A stretch of 64,000 nt of DNA from Candidatus Gottesmanbacteria bacterium GW2011_GWA2_43_14. Lineage in GTDB: Bacteria > Patescibacteriota > Microgenomatia > 2-02-FULL-39-11. Position 1 is the stretch's first letter; every line of letters starts with the position of its first letter. The DNA lies in contig LCFP01000002.1 of assembly GCA_000999095.1 (NCBI GenBank), positions 5,736 through 69,735 of the forward strand, written 5' to 3'. This document shows positions 40,203-48,556 of the stretch, one piece after another. The notes beneath the pieces were generated by a model, which did no database searches, had not been told where the DNA came from, and saw only the letters and a program-made list of their open reading frames with translations. Made by a program: the position numbers and the translations under genes.

Positions 40203-41412
40203 ATTCAAAACCCTTTCAACCATTATCAAAAATTCCGTGGCTGATTTGATCCGCAACAAGCTCAGGTCATTTCTGACCATGCTGGGCATTATCATCGGCA
40301 TAGCTTCAGTCATACTTCTGATTTCATTGGGTTTGGGTTTAAAAATGTATATCCAGGAACAGTTCGAGTCGTTGGGCAGCAATTTAGTCATGATTATGCC
40401 GGGAAAAATGATGTCCGGCGGGGGAGCCGGTTACCAGACCGCCATGATGTCAGGTTTCAAGTTTGAAGAAAAGGACATCCTATCTTTGCAGAAACTGGAT
40501 TCATTAAGTGCCGTCGTGCCGGTTTTCTCCAGGGTTCTGGATATTGCATCGGATGGGGATAACAAAATTTATGAAACAATTATTTCCAATGAGGAAATAT
40601 TTGACATCATGAATATGGAGATCGGCTACGGCCGGCTTTTCCGAAAAAACGATGTTATTAAGCGGAAAAAATTCGCCGTCCTGGGCTTTGGTCCGGCTGA
40701 AAAGCTTTTCAGTTCTCCTGAAGCCGCCCTTAACAAAAATGTAAAAATCGGCGATCAGGCATATAAAGTTATCGGGGTGCTCGAGAAAAAGGGCGGCGGC
40801 GGAGGGGCAATCCCATCAATTGACGACCATGTTTTTATACCCCATACGTCTGCCATCAGCATAAATCCCGGTAAGAAATTCATGGCCATTTATGCCAAGG
40901 CTGAAAATGAAATTGACATTGAAGAAACAAAAAAAGATATCGAGGAAGTGATGCTGAAAAAATATTCGGAAGACGATTTCAGCGTTTCTGACCAGAAGGA
41001 ACTGCTCTCTTCCATTAATTCCATTTTTGACATTATCAGTCTGGTATTGACCGGAATAGCCGCAATTTCCCTGGTGGTCGGCGGCATCGGTATCCTCAAC
41101 ATTATGTATGTCTCCGTCGTCGAAAGGACAAAGGAAATCGGCATCAGGAGGGCATACGGGGCTACCCGGAGAGATATCCTTGTCCTGTTCCTGACTGAGT
41201 CGGCTCTGCTTTCTGTTGCGGGTGGTTTTATCGGCCTTGTGATTGCCCAATTGGGAGTTTTGGCAATCAGACAATTTTTTCCCGCTTATATTGACCTCAA
41301 CAGCATTATCCTGGCCCTGACTGTTTCCTGGTCGGTCGGCCTTATTTTCGGCGTCCTACCGGCAATACAGGCATCCAAACTGACCCCTATCGAAGCCATC
41401 CGCAGGGATTAA
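40195..41412 (+). CDS. ABC transporter permease (FtsX/MacB_PCD type), second copy
   Basis: Paralogous to the preceding gene; start trimmed to the ATG at 40195 (MNKFKTLST...). Confidence 0.8.
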   Translation: MNKFKTLSTIIKNSVADLIRNKLRSFLTMLGIIIGIASVILLISLGLGLKMYIQEQFESLGSNLVMIMPGKMMSGGGAGYQTAMMSGFKFEEKDILSLQKLDSLSAVVPVFSRVLDIASDGDNKIYETIISNEEIFDIMNMEIGYGRLFRKNDVIKRKKFAVLGFGPAEKLFSSPEAALNKNVKIGDQAYKVIGVLEKKGGGGGAIPSIDDHVFIPHTSAISINPGKKFMAIYAKAENEIDIEETKKDIEEVMLKKYSEDDFSVSDQKELLSSINSIFDIISLVLTGIAAISLVVGGIGILNIMYVSVVERTKEIGIRRAYGATRRDILVLFLTESALLSVAGGFIGLVIAQLGVLAIRQFFPAYIDLNSIILALTVSWSVGLIFGVLPAIQASKLTPIEAIRRD

Positions 41413-41680
41413 ACTGTTTCTACCCATCATTTGAAGAAACTGCCGCAGATTGACCAGCTGTTCTTTTCTTAACGTCAGCATGACCGTTGCCAGGCAGTCT
41501 TTCAATCAGACTAAGCAGTGTTCTGATTGAACATAAATTCAGAAAATTATCGGCAAATGCTTCCTTTTTTAGCCATGGCTCCCGGCCAATTTTTTGATGC
41601 CTCTGTGGCAGCATGATTTTCAGAGGTAGATTTCGTTTCCGGAGAATTCTCGGCATGCGCCATATTTTCGGGGCAGGCAA

Positions 41681-41756
41681 TGGTGACCCGGGAGCGAATC
41701 GAACGCTCAACCTTCCCGTTAGAAGCGGGATGCTCTGTCCGTTGAGCTACCGGGCC
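41681..41756 (-). tRNA. tRNA-Arg (anticodon UCU), CCA encoded
   Basis: Reverse complement GGCCCGGTAGCTCAACGGACAGAGCATCCCGCTTCTAACGGGAAGGTTGAGCGTTCGATTCGCTCCCGGGTCACCA. Confidence 0.85.
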
Positions 41757-41763
41757 ATTCCGG

Positions 41764-41835
41764 AGCGGCGGAGGGGATTTGAACCCCTGACCTTCTCCTT
41801 GGAAGGGAGACATTCTACCGCTGAACTACCGCCGC
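41764..41835 (-). tRNA. tRNA-Gly (anticodon UCC)
   Basis: Reverse complement GCGGCGGTAGTTCAGCGGTAGAATGTCTCCCTTCCAAGGAGAAGGTCAGGGGTTCAAATCCCCTCCGCCGCT. Confidence 0.85.
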
Positions 41836-41841
41836 TTAAGG

Positions 41842-41914
41842 TGCCGAGGGTCGGAGTCGAACCGACATCATGTGTTTTTCAGACACACGCCGTGACCACC
41901 TTGGCTACCTCGGC
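41842..41914 (-). tRNA. tRNA-Phe (anticodon GAA)
   Basis: Reverse complement GCCGAGGTAGCCAAGGTGGTCACGGCGTGTGTCTGAAAAACACATGATGTCGGTTCGACTCCGACCCTCGGCA. The D-arm is atypical, hence lower confidence. Confidence 0.75.
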
Positions 41915-41949
41915 TTATAAAATATATCTTATCACAAAACCCCGAAGTG

Positions 41950-42023
41950 TGGACCCGAGAGGTCTCGAACCTCTGACCTTTGCGATGTAAGCGCAACGCT
42001 CTGACCAACTGAGCTACGGGTCC
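41950..42023 (-). tRNA. tRNA-Val (anticodon UAC)
   Basis: Reverse complement GGACCCGTAGCTCAGTTGGTCAGAGCGTTGCGCTTACATCGCAAAGGTCAGAGGTTCGAGACCTCTCGGGTCCA. Confidence 0.85.
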
Positions 42024-42099
42024 AACGAGTGTTTTTAGCTCCAACTATTTTATAGGAATACTTTAACTGGCGCAACCTGATTTGGTACAATAAAAGCAT

Positions 42100-42170
42100 T
42101 GCGGGGTCGTCTAATGGTAGGACAGCAGCCTTTGGAGCTGTTTATCATGGTTCGAATCCATGCCCCGCAG
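42100..42170 (+). tRNA. tRNA-Gln (anticodon UUG)
   Basis: TGCGGGGTCGTCTAATGGTAGGACAGCAGCCTTTGGAGCTGTTTATCATGGTTCGAATCCATGCCCCGCAG, with a U1-A72 pair typical of tRNA-Gln. Confidence 0.8.
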
Positions 42171-42176
42171 CAAAAT

Positions 42177-42794
42177 ATGAATAAAAAAATGAAGATATTA
42201 TTTGTTTTGCTTATCTTATTGGTGTTATTAGGGTATAGATATTATAAAAATGCAATATTAGATGATTACAATTCAAATGAAATGTTAAACCTAACCATTT
42301 CTCAACCCCCATATCCATCAGAACAGCCGCATTTAAATAATTCCAAAACAAAGTACATTTATAATGATCAATATATTACGTTTGAATATCCCCAGGTCTG
42401 GAAAGCAGATTATAACCGGCAAATTGGAAATCCGTATGTTGTTAATGTTGACTTTACTGGTGAATGTAATCCATATCGGGTAGTTTCTTTTTCTTACAAG
42501 AATACTAATCCGAATGACTCAGAAAGTTTCACAGTAGGACAAAAAAACCCACATGGTCCCGGAAACCAAACATCAAAAACGATAAAAATTAACGGTATTA
42601 CCGTTGGTGAAAATATACAACCAGTAGGTGATGGATCAGGTGGATATGAGCCTAAAGTAGTTATTGATCTATTATCTAAATCTAAGAAATTCCATTTCTA
42701 TTTTATTGCTGTAATAGGATATCGGAATTCGTTTGAAGAGACGTATAAAATAGATTTATTACCTATTTTAAATAGTATAGAATTACTGGATTAA
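42177..42794 (+). CDS. Hypothetical secreted/membrane-anchored protein
   Basis: Start trimmed to the ATG after the tRNA-Gln (MNKKMKILFVLLILLVLLG...), which is an N-terminal signal/TM segment. Confidence 0.45.
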   Translation: MNKKMKILFVLLILLVLLGYRYYKNAILDDYNSNEMLNLTISQPPYPSEQPHLNNSKTKYIYNDQYITFEYPQVWKADYNRQIGNPYVVNVDFTGECNPYRVVSFSYKNTNPNDSESFTVGQKNPHGPGNQTSKTIKINGITVGENIQPVGDGSGGYEPKVVIDLLSKSKKFHFYFIAVIGYRNSFEETYKIDLLPILNSIELLD

Positions 42795-42886
42795 AAGAAG
42801 CATTATTTGAATTTGTCTTGAAATAGGTTCTAACTTCGTCCACAGTTCGCAGCAGATTTTGATAAGTAGGTCGGGCACGAAAATTG

Positions 42887-42933
42887 CTCGCCGCGGGTGG
42901 GTTCGCGGCGAGGGCGTCAAAGCCGCCTTTTTT
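42887..42933 (+). terminator. GC-rich hairpin plus T6 intrinsic terminator
   Basis: CTCGCCGCG-GGTGGGTT-CGCGGCGAG (perfect 9-bp stem), then GGCGTCAAAGCCGCC and TTTTTT. Confidence 0.5.
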
Positions 42934-42990
42934 GAAACGGACTGCGAGTTTACGATCCTTTAAAAAGAAGTTCGAGCCGACAGTTGCGGA

Positions 42991-43016
42991 GGCGCGGCGG
43001 GTGGAGGCGCCGCGCC
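42991..43016. repeat. Second GC-rich hairpin with a loop similar to the first
   Basis: GGCGCGGCG-GGTGGAG-GCGCCGCGCC, a perfect 9-bp stem. On the minus strand it sits downstream of gene 43104..44246. Confidence 0.4.
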
Positions 43017-43038
43017 GGAGCGTAATATTTATATAAAT

Positions 43039-43068
43039 GAGGTTCGGCATTTTTTGTAAAGCGACAGC
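43039..43068 (+). repeat. Conserved intergenic motif, copy 1: GAGGTTCGGCATTTTTTGTAAAGCGACAGC
   Basis: 29/30 identical to copy 2 at 44313. It is preceded by TATAAAT. Confidence 0.7.
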
Positions 43069-43103
43069 AAGTTGGAATTAGAAAGATTTTTAAAACTTTC
43101 TTG

Positions 43104-44246
43104 TTACTTTTTCCTTTTTAAAAGGATCACAACAATTACCGCAAATATCAGTACACCGATGAATATAAGTATTGTCGGGGTAATACGAAACGGTGTAGTT
43201 TTTGTTCCGTTTTCCTTATATCCCTGAGTGTCACTCTCATCTGTATTTAAATTTCCGTTATCGTTAAGTTCGGCTTGTGCCAGTTCTGTTTCAATAAGCT
43301 CAGTTTCTTCTTTAAGAACATCAGTATAATTAAATTCAGTTACCTCATATCCATCTCCATTAACAGTATATCTGTCACCCGGACTTAGCGGTAATTTTCC
43401 GTTATCCGGCAGGGTCACCTCTACGCTTCCTTCCATGACATCGAATTTAGTTTCATTTGTTTCTTCTAAGTGAGATACGCCAAACGAAGTTCCCAGGACA
43501 CCGGCAACTGTCAGATAGGTTTCTACTTGAAAAGTTTTTCCCTGCTTCTTTAAATTAAAAAACGTTTCACCAAATACTATCTGCACTCCCTGAAATAACA
43601 TGGTTACCTTGGTGTTTGATTTTATTTTCAGTATTGATCCGTCGGGATATTTAATAATAAATCTTGAGTTTGGACCTGTCTTGATTACATCCCCTTCCCG
43701 AATATTAATAGGTCCGTCAGATGGAATATCTTCATAAGTCTCACCGTTATTGCGTGAAAACTGAGCAGTTCCTTTCACAAGCCCTCCGTCTACACCTTGC
43801 TTAGGAAGAAAATCAGTTTCTATATTCCACGATCCGTCAAAAGCCTCCGGATTATCAACTGTAAAATCAACTCTTAATGTATCGAAGACAGTAGTATAGG
43901 TACCTCTAATTAAATTAAACGAAAGGTCACCTATGATAAATTCCCCGTTTGGACCTCCTGAAAATGTACCTGTAAATTCATCACCACCGTATCCGTTACA
44001 ATTTGAAGTGCACTCTGCCCTACCAGAGACCTGTGAGTATTGTCCTGATGGATCCAAAGCTCCTACATTCCAAAACTCCAGATGATATACCAAAGTAAAA
44101 TTCCACACTTGGACAGTATCTGACGTTGCCGTGACCTTTTGGGGAGGTGGATAAGCATGGACATACCGGATCGGCCAGATGAATACAAAAAATAGTATTA
44201 AGCCGATGATTGTAATAAGGTTTCTCCGGATTTTCATAATCTTCAT
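43104..44246 (-). CDS. Cell-surface protein with N-terminal signal/TM, FecR-like beta domain and C-terminal TM anchor
   Basis: N-terminal MKIMKIRRNLITIIGLILFFVFIW and C-terminal ILIFIGVLIFAVIVVILLKRKK. The segment GDVIKTGPNSRFIIKYPDGSILKIKSNTKV is FecR-domain-like. Confidence 0.4.
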   Translation of the reverse strand: MKIMKIRRNLITIIGLILFFVFIWPIRYVHAYPPPQKVTATSDTVQVWNFTLVYHLEFWNVGALDPSGQYSQVSGRAECTSNCNGYGGDEFTGTFSGGPNGEFIIGDLSFNLIRGTYTTVFDTLRVDFTVDNPEAFDGSWNIETDFLPKQGVDGGLVKGTAQFSRNNGETYEDIPSDGPINIREGDVIKTGPNSRFIIKYPDGSILKIKSNTKVTMLFQGVQIVFGETFFNLKKQGKTFQVETYLTVAGVLGTSFGVSHLEETNETKFDVMEGSVEVTLPDNGKLPLSPGDRYTVNGDGYEVTEFNYTDVLKEETELIETELAQAELNDNGNLNTDESDTQGYKENGTKTTPFRITPTILIFIGVLIFAVIVVILLKRKK

Positions 44247-44312
44247 TATTTATTAAATGGAAGTTTACCAGAAACTATCTAATAATTACAATTTCATCAA
44301 CATTTATAATAG

Positions 44313-44342
44313 CGAGGTTCGGCATTTTTTGTAAAGCAACAG
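44313..44342 (+). repeat. Conserved intergenic motif, copy 2: GAGGTTCGGCATTTTTTGTAAAGCAACAGC
   Basis: Preceded by a perfect TATAAT at 44303-44308. Lies 180 bp upstream of the Tat-lipoprotein gene. Confidence 0.7.
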
Positions 44343-44522
44343 CCAATAAGAAGAAAACGGACATGAGTTCCTGTTTAAGTTCCATCACGAATGCGTTAAA
44401 CGTGGAATTGTCCGCTTCTTTTCAAGGCCAAGGACTTCAGGAGAAGTCTACGGGATATCATGAACCAGGACACATATTTGCCCAATTCTTGATTTGATGC
44501 TATTATTTGCCATTACAAAATT

Positions 44523-45500
44523 ATGACTACCCGGCGTGAATTTTTAAAATTAGCAGCGGCATCAATTTTGGCTGGATGCATTCCTCCAGCTCCACCCAGT
44601 ACAACGCCTTTTGAGATTATACCTACCCCATATCCAGAATTTGTTGACCCGAAACTAATAACTTACGGCCAGCAGTTGGCGGATTGGACTGTTGCCGATA
44701 CGCTGATGGTAAAAAAATTTTCGGAAATTGACCAGGCAGCCCTGCTATTGTCCGGTGAAACCGATCCGGGACAGCTCATGTCATATGTCAATATACCGCT
44801 TGGTTACCTGATAAACAATGAGAGAGATCCGTACCTACGCTTTAATGCCGGAATCCAGACGGATCCTGATGCCAAGTTCAACATGACTACCAAAGCTGGT
44901 GACCCAATTATTGTACCAATTTCCTCAAATGTCACATTTGAATTTGTACTACCCCAAAATTTGGAGAATTCGGGGTTTGCCAAAATTACTATGTTGCGAA
45001 TGGGACTGGAGGTATTGGATTTCCCATACTATTGTGAAATTTATCGCCAACAGTTGGAAGAAACGGGTATACAGATTGATGATCAGAGTGTTTCAGCTCT
45101 GGGAATACCGCCCGACCTGGTCAATTTTTCCATATCCAGGGATATGGACGCTATTCTCCTCGCAACTGGCAAATCTCCTCTTTTACCTTACCTGACAAAA
45201 ATGGGCAGCGATATCCGCGCGTCCGTGACTTATGCCAATTGGCTAACCCAATATGATGCAGATGAAACCGACCTACCTCAAGACCAAACCGAACTTTTAT
45301 CTACTCTTCGCATTATCAAAACATTAATGATAGATAAAGAGCTGATCACAAAAGAAGAATCAGGACTTTATGTATGGACCAATGGTGCCCCTCCCCAAAT
45401 CAATGCTTCTGATTTTGTACAATTGATTGATGAACTGCAACATAGATATCAAGAAAGTAACTTACAGGGTTTTTTCATAAGCGAAAAAACACTTCAATAG
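44523..45500 (+). CDS. Tat-secreted lipoprotein, function unknown
   Basis: Twin-arginine motif TRREFLKLAAASILAGC with a lipobox LAGC. Confidence 0.5.
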   Translation: MTTRREFLKLAAASILAGCIPPAPPSTTPFEIIPTPYPEFVDPKLITYGQQLADWTVADTLMVKKFSEIDQAALLLSGETDPGQLMSYVNIPLGYLINNERDPYLRFNAGIQTDPDAKFNMTTKAGDPIIVPISSNVTFEFVLPQNLENSGFAKITMLRMGLEVLDFPYYCEIYRQQLEETGIQIDDQSVSALGIPPDLVNFSISRDMDAILLATGKSPLLPYLTKMGSDIRASVTYANWLTQYDADETDLPQDQTELLSTLRIIKTLMIDKELITKEESGLYVWTNGAPPQINASDFVQLIDELQHRYQESNLQGFFISEKTLQ

Positions 45501-45528
45501 AGGTTCGAAATTTTTTGTAAACTGACAG
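45500..45528 (+). repeat. Conserved intergenic motif, copy 3 (diverged): GAGGTTCGAAATTTTTTGTAAACTGACAG
   Basis: Overlaps the stop of the upstream gene and ends 15 nt before the ATG at 45544. About 24/29 identical to copies 1 and 2. Confidence 0.55.
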
Positions 45529-45543
45529 TCGGAAAACAGCTTC

Positions 45544-46272
45544 ATGTTCAGTTCTCTAAAGAATTATTTATACAGGCATCTATTCTCAATTGCCCCCGAA
45601 AGTTTACGGCAGATTTATTTCCGGACAAAAGTACTTGTTCCCAAAAAAGTATTAACACAAAAATTTTCAGAAGCTATTGAATTTCTGAAGCATAACGGCC
45701 CCATCAATGATTATTTGGAATTCGGTGTTTTTCGGGGAGATTCCTTAATTTGTATGTATCAGGCGTTAAAACAGCATAAAATTAATCATTCTAGATTATT
45801 CGGATTTGATTCTTTTGAAGGTTTGCCCGAAATTAAAGACAAATATGACAAAAAGTTACCTTGGCAAAAGGGGGAATTTGTCTCCGCCTTGGCAACAACC
45901 AGAGGCAACTTAAATAGAGCACATGTGAATTGGAATCGTGTTTTCCTGATAAAAGGCTATTTCAATAACACTTTGAATAAAAATCTCATAGATAAACACA
46001 ATCTAAAAAGTGCGAGCATCATCATGATTGACTGTGATTTATATTCATCAGCAAGAGAAGCTTTGGATTTTTGCGCTTCAATGATAAATGATCGTACCAT
46101 TATTTTTTTTGATGACTGGGCAGCCGGAGGTGAAAAGCTGGCTTTTAACAAGATGCTCAAAGCCAACCCCGATCTTATAGCTCAGGAATTCGGTTCATAT
46201 GTCCATTCAGAACAAAAAAATCCATATACCGCAAAAATATTCCTGGTGACCAGAAAAAAAAGAAAAAATTAA
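45544..46272 (+). CDS. TylF/MycF-like (macrocin-O-methyltransferase family) SAM-dependent O-methyltransferase
   Basis: LEFGVFRGDS (glycine-rich SAM motif), FGFDSFEGLP, and IDCDLYSS with a FFDDW metal-binding-like motif. Confidence 0.55.
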   Translation: MFSSLKNYLYRHLFSIAPESLRQIYFRTKVLVPKKVLTQKFSEAIEFLKHNGPINDYLEFGVFRGDSLICMYQALKQHKINHSRLFGFDSFEGLPEIKDKYDKKLPWQKGEFVSALATTRGNLNRAHVNWNRVFLIKGYFNNTLNKNLIDKHNLKSASIIMIDCDLYSSAREALDFCASMINDRTIIFFDDWAAGGEKLAFNKMLKANPDLIAQEFGSYVHSEQKNPYTAKIFLVTRKKRKN

Positions 46273-46277
46273 AATTT

Positions 46278-47387
46278 CTATTTTTCAATTTGGTCTTTAA
46301 GGTATTTTTGCACAGCTGACCAGCGGTTTGTTCCTTCTTTAGGCACTAAAATTGCTCCGCCGGCAGAAGAAGAATCTGCCCTAAGGACGTTTTCAGTTGA
46401 GAGATTTATCCTGACAACCCCGAATTCCTTTGCTTTTGTTATGGCCGGTATCAAATATTTAACCGCTTCGCCGTCCAAATCAGTTGATATATTCTTTGAT
46501 AGGTCGCTAAAAAAACGCGGCAGGTTGTCCAGGGATTCGAGACTCAGGATTCTTTTCTTTAAAGCCAACATAACTTCCTGCTGCCGTATTCCCCTGGAGA
46601 TATCTCCGGCTGAAGAACCGTGGCGTGAGCGGACATAAGCCAAAGCGTCCCCTCCCTGCATGCTGACTTTGCCCTTTTCAAAATTGAGATGCTTATAACG
46701 GCAGGGAAACTGCCTCTCCAGTTCAAATCCCGAATATTTTGCGGATACGTCCCCCACTTCTTCTGCCGTCATGCCGCAGGTATCAAGTTCCCGTCCGCGG
46801 ACAGGATACCAGGAGTCGTCCAGAGTTTCAGATACATCCACCTCAATGCCTTTAAGATTGATGCCCACCGTCCTGTCAAATCCGACAAAATCAATACCTG
46901 TATAATAATCAATTTTCAGTCCGGTGATGGTGCCGATAAATTCTTTCATTGCCTGCCGGCCGTTACGACCGTAGGCAGCAAAAGCTCCGTTGATTTTAGT
47001 ACTCTTGCCGTTTCCCAGGGTAACCCATAAATCACGGGGGATGGAAATGAGGGCGATTTTCGCTGTTTCAAAGTCAATATAAACGACCTGCAAGACATCA
47101 GTCAGGTGCCCGCCTTCATGTCCGGCTCCGCCATAGCCCAAAAGCAGCATACCCAGTGATTTATCACCGATGTCCGTACCGTCCTGTTGCTTCTCTGTTG
47201 TTTCAGACAGTACCTGCGGAATATTTTCAACTGTCGTATTTTTCCCGGCCCTGATTTTTTTGAAACTGAAAAGACCTATTACCGCCACAGTCAAGACAAA
47301 AAAACCGGCTAAAAAAAATTTCCGTGGTATTTCGAGCTTTGGCTTGATTTTTTCGGAAAGGCCTAATAAAGGCTTATAGCCAGTCAT
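46278..47387 (-). CDS. LytR-CpsA-Psr (LCP) family cell-envelope glycopolymer transferase
   Basis: N-terminal TM segment; MLLLGYGGAGHEGGHLTDVLQVVYIDFETAKIALISIPRDLWV is the LCP core. Confidence 0.8.
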   Translation of the reverse strand: MTGYKPLLGLSEKIKPKLEIPRKFFLAGFFVLTVAVIGLFSFKKIRAGKNTTVENIPQVLSETTEKQQDGTDIGDKSLGMLLLGYGGAGHEGGHLTDVLQVVYIDFETAKIALISIPRDLWVTLGNGKSTKINGAFAAYGRNGRQAMKEFIGTITGLKIDYYTGIDFVGFDRTVGINLKGIEVDVSETLDDSWYPVRGRELDTCGMTAEEVGDVSAKYSGFELERQFPCRYKHLNFEKGKVSMQGGDALAYVRSRHGSSAGDISRGIRQQEVMLALKKRILSLESLDNLPRFFSDLSKNISTDLDGEAVKYLIPAITKAKEFGVVRINLSTENVLRADSSSAGGAILVPKEGTNRWSAVQKYLKDQIEK

Positions 47388-47437
47388 GATCTTTCGTATT
47401 ATATGAAATTTTCACAATGTCTGCTAATTGGGGACGG

Positions 47438-47731
47438 TTAACGCGATTTGTTATTCCGCCTTTTGACTGCCGCCTTGTGGATCAGCCTGACAATAGGCAG
47501 GTTCGGTTTGATTTTCAAGATAATCAGACAGACTTTTATGCATTTTTCAAAATTTCCGGCCTTATAACTGGCCAACATCTCCGTTTTCATGTCCGCCAGT
47601 GTTTCATTCAATTTCAAATCCTTAAGGCCGGCGACGGCAATTTCCTTTTCATTCTTAAAAAGGAAATTTTCCTCATTTTTGACAAGTGTTAGTTTTATCG
47701 GCTTACCGGAATTTTTTTTCATAGTCGGCAA
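47438..47731 (-). CDS. Hypothetical small protein
   Basis: 97-aa ORF co-oriented with flanking genes; overlaps the 3' end of the upstream gene by about 29 nt. No motif. Confidence 0.3.
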   Translation of the reverse strand: MPTMKKNSGKPIKLTLVKNEENFLFKNEKEIAVAGLKDLKLNETLADMKTEMLASYKAGNFEKCIKVCLIILKIKPNLPIVRLIHKAAVKRRNNKSR

Positions 47732-48485
47732 TGACTGATTTTTTATAACTTAAATCAGCCAAAAGCTGAATTTTGATTTCGCGAAGCACATCGCGGTTGT
47801 CCTTTAAGCCCATTATTAACCTCAGGCGTATTTTATTCCATTCCGATTTTATCAAATCCGAATATTGTTTATTAAGTTCGTTCACCTGGTCATTAATTCT
47901 TTCCAGTTTTGTGATTAACTGCCTGGTCGAAAGCTCCCTATGATCAGGCGCGGTTTCATCAGCTATCCTCTCCAGCCTGCCCAGATCCTGTTGGTTATAT
48001 GCCTGTATGATTTTTTTCATGATTTTTTCCCTGGCCAGTTTAGCTTTTTTGTCCGTTACCAAATCAGGATGATATTGACTTACCAGCTTCCGGTAGAGAA
48101 CTTTTAATTCTTTTCCCGAATCCTGATTCATGGACAAAGAAGAAATGCCCATGCGGCTTTCCGAATCGCTGAAATTGTCAGTTTCAGCATCCTCATTTTG
48201 CTTTTTCATTAATTCCATAATCCGCTCGGCTTCCGTAAAGGTCGCTCCGCTTTTTACCAGTTCTTCGATCTGCTGATACCACTTTATCTTCCGGTCCAAT
48301 AAATCAAGCTCGTAATATAAACTGCCGACCCGTGATAAATACTCATGCTGGGCAGCCATGATCACACTCCGTAATTTTTCGGTTTTTAAAAGCAGGTTTT
48401 CGACTGCTTTTTGTTTGCGCTTTATCGCACCAATAAGCCTTTTTTTATCATCCGTTTTCGCAATAACAGCTAATGGTTTTTCCAT
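47703..48485 (-). CDS. J-domain-containing protein (DnaJ-like co-chaperone fragment architecture)
   Basis: LKVLYRKLVSQYHPDLVTDKKAKLAREKIMKKIIQAYNQQD carries the HPD motif. The N-terminal half is a coiled coil. Confidence 0.45.
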   Translation of the reverse strand: MEKPLAVIAKTDDKKRLIGAIKRKQKAVENLLLKTEKLRSVIMAAQHEYLSRVGSLYYELDLLDRKIKWYQQIEELVKSGATFTEAERIMELMKKQNEDAETDNFSDSESRMGISSLSMNQDSGKELKVLYRKLVSQYHPDLVTDKKAKLAREKIMKKIIQAYNQQDLGRLERIADETAPDHRELSTRQLITKLERINDQVNELNKQYSDLIKSEWNKIRLRLIMGLKDNRDVLREIKIQLLADLSYKKSVIADYEKKFR

Positions 48486-48556
48486 CGGTCTGAAAATTTA
48501 CTTTTAACATAATTCTAACCTAGAGAAAAGGCATAGGATATAATATCTAAAGCTCA

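Noticed and set aside
42099-42176. N-terminal extension of ORF 42099..42794 overlapping tRNA-Gln
   Set aside because: The first 78 nt are the tRNA-Gln gene itself. The start was moved to the ATG at 42177.
42840-43030. Possibility of RNase P RNA, tmRNA or SRP RNA in the GC-rich stretch
   Set aside because: None of the universally conserved motifs were present: the AGGAAAGTCCGGGCT motif, the tmRNA tRNA-like ends, or the SRP GGAA/AGCAG domain IV. The stretch is also too short for RNase P or tmRNA.
42763-43050. 95-aa minus-strand ORF across the GC-rich hairpin region
   Set aside because: The sequence is dominated by two perfect GC hairpins and encodes an Ala/Arg/Pro-rich string with no start context. 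It is better explained as terminator or structured elements.
43039-45528. Idea that the three-copy motif represents integron attC sites of a cassette array
   Set aside because: There is no GTTRRRY core or inverse core and no imperfect internal dyad. The flanked genes are in mixed orientation, and no intI-like gene is present in the window.
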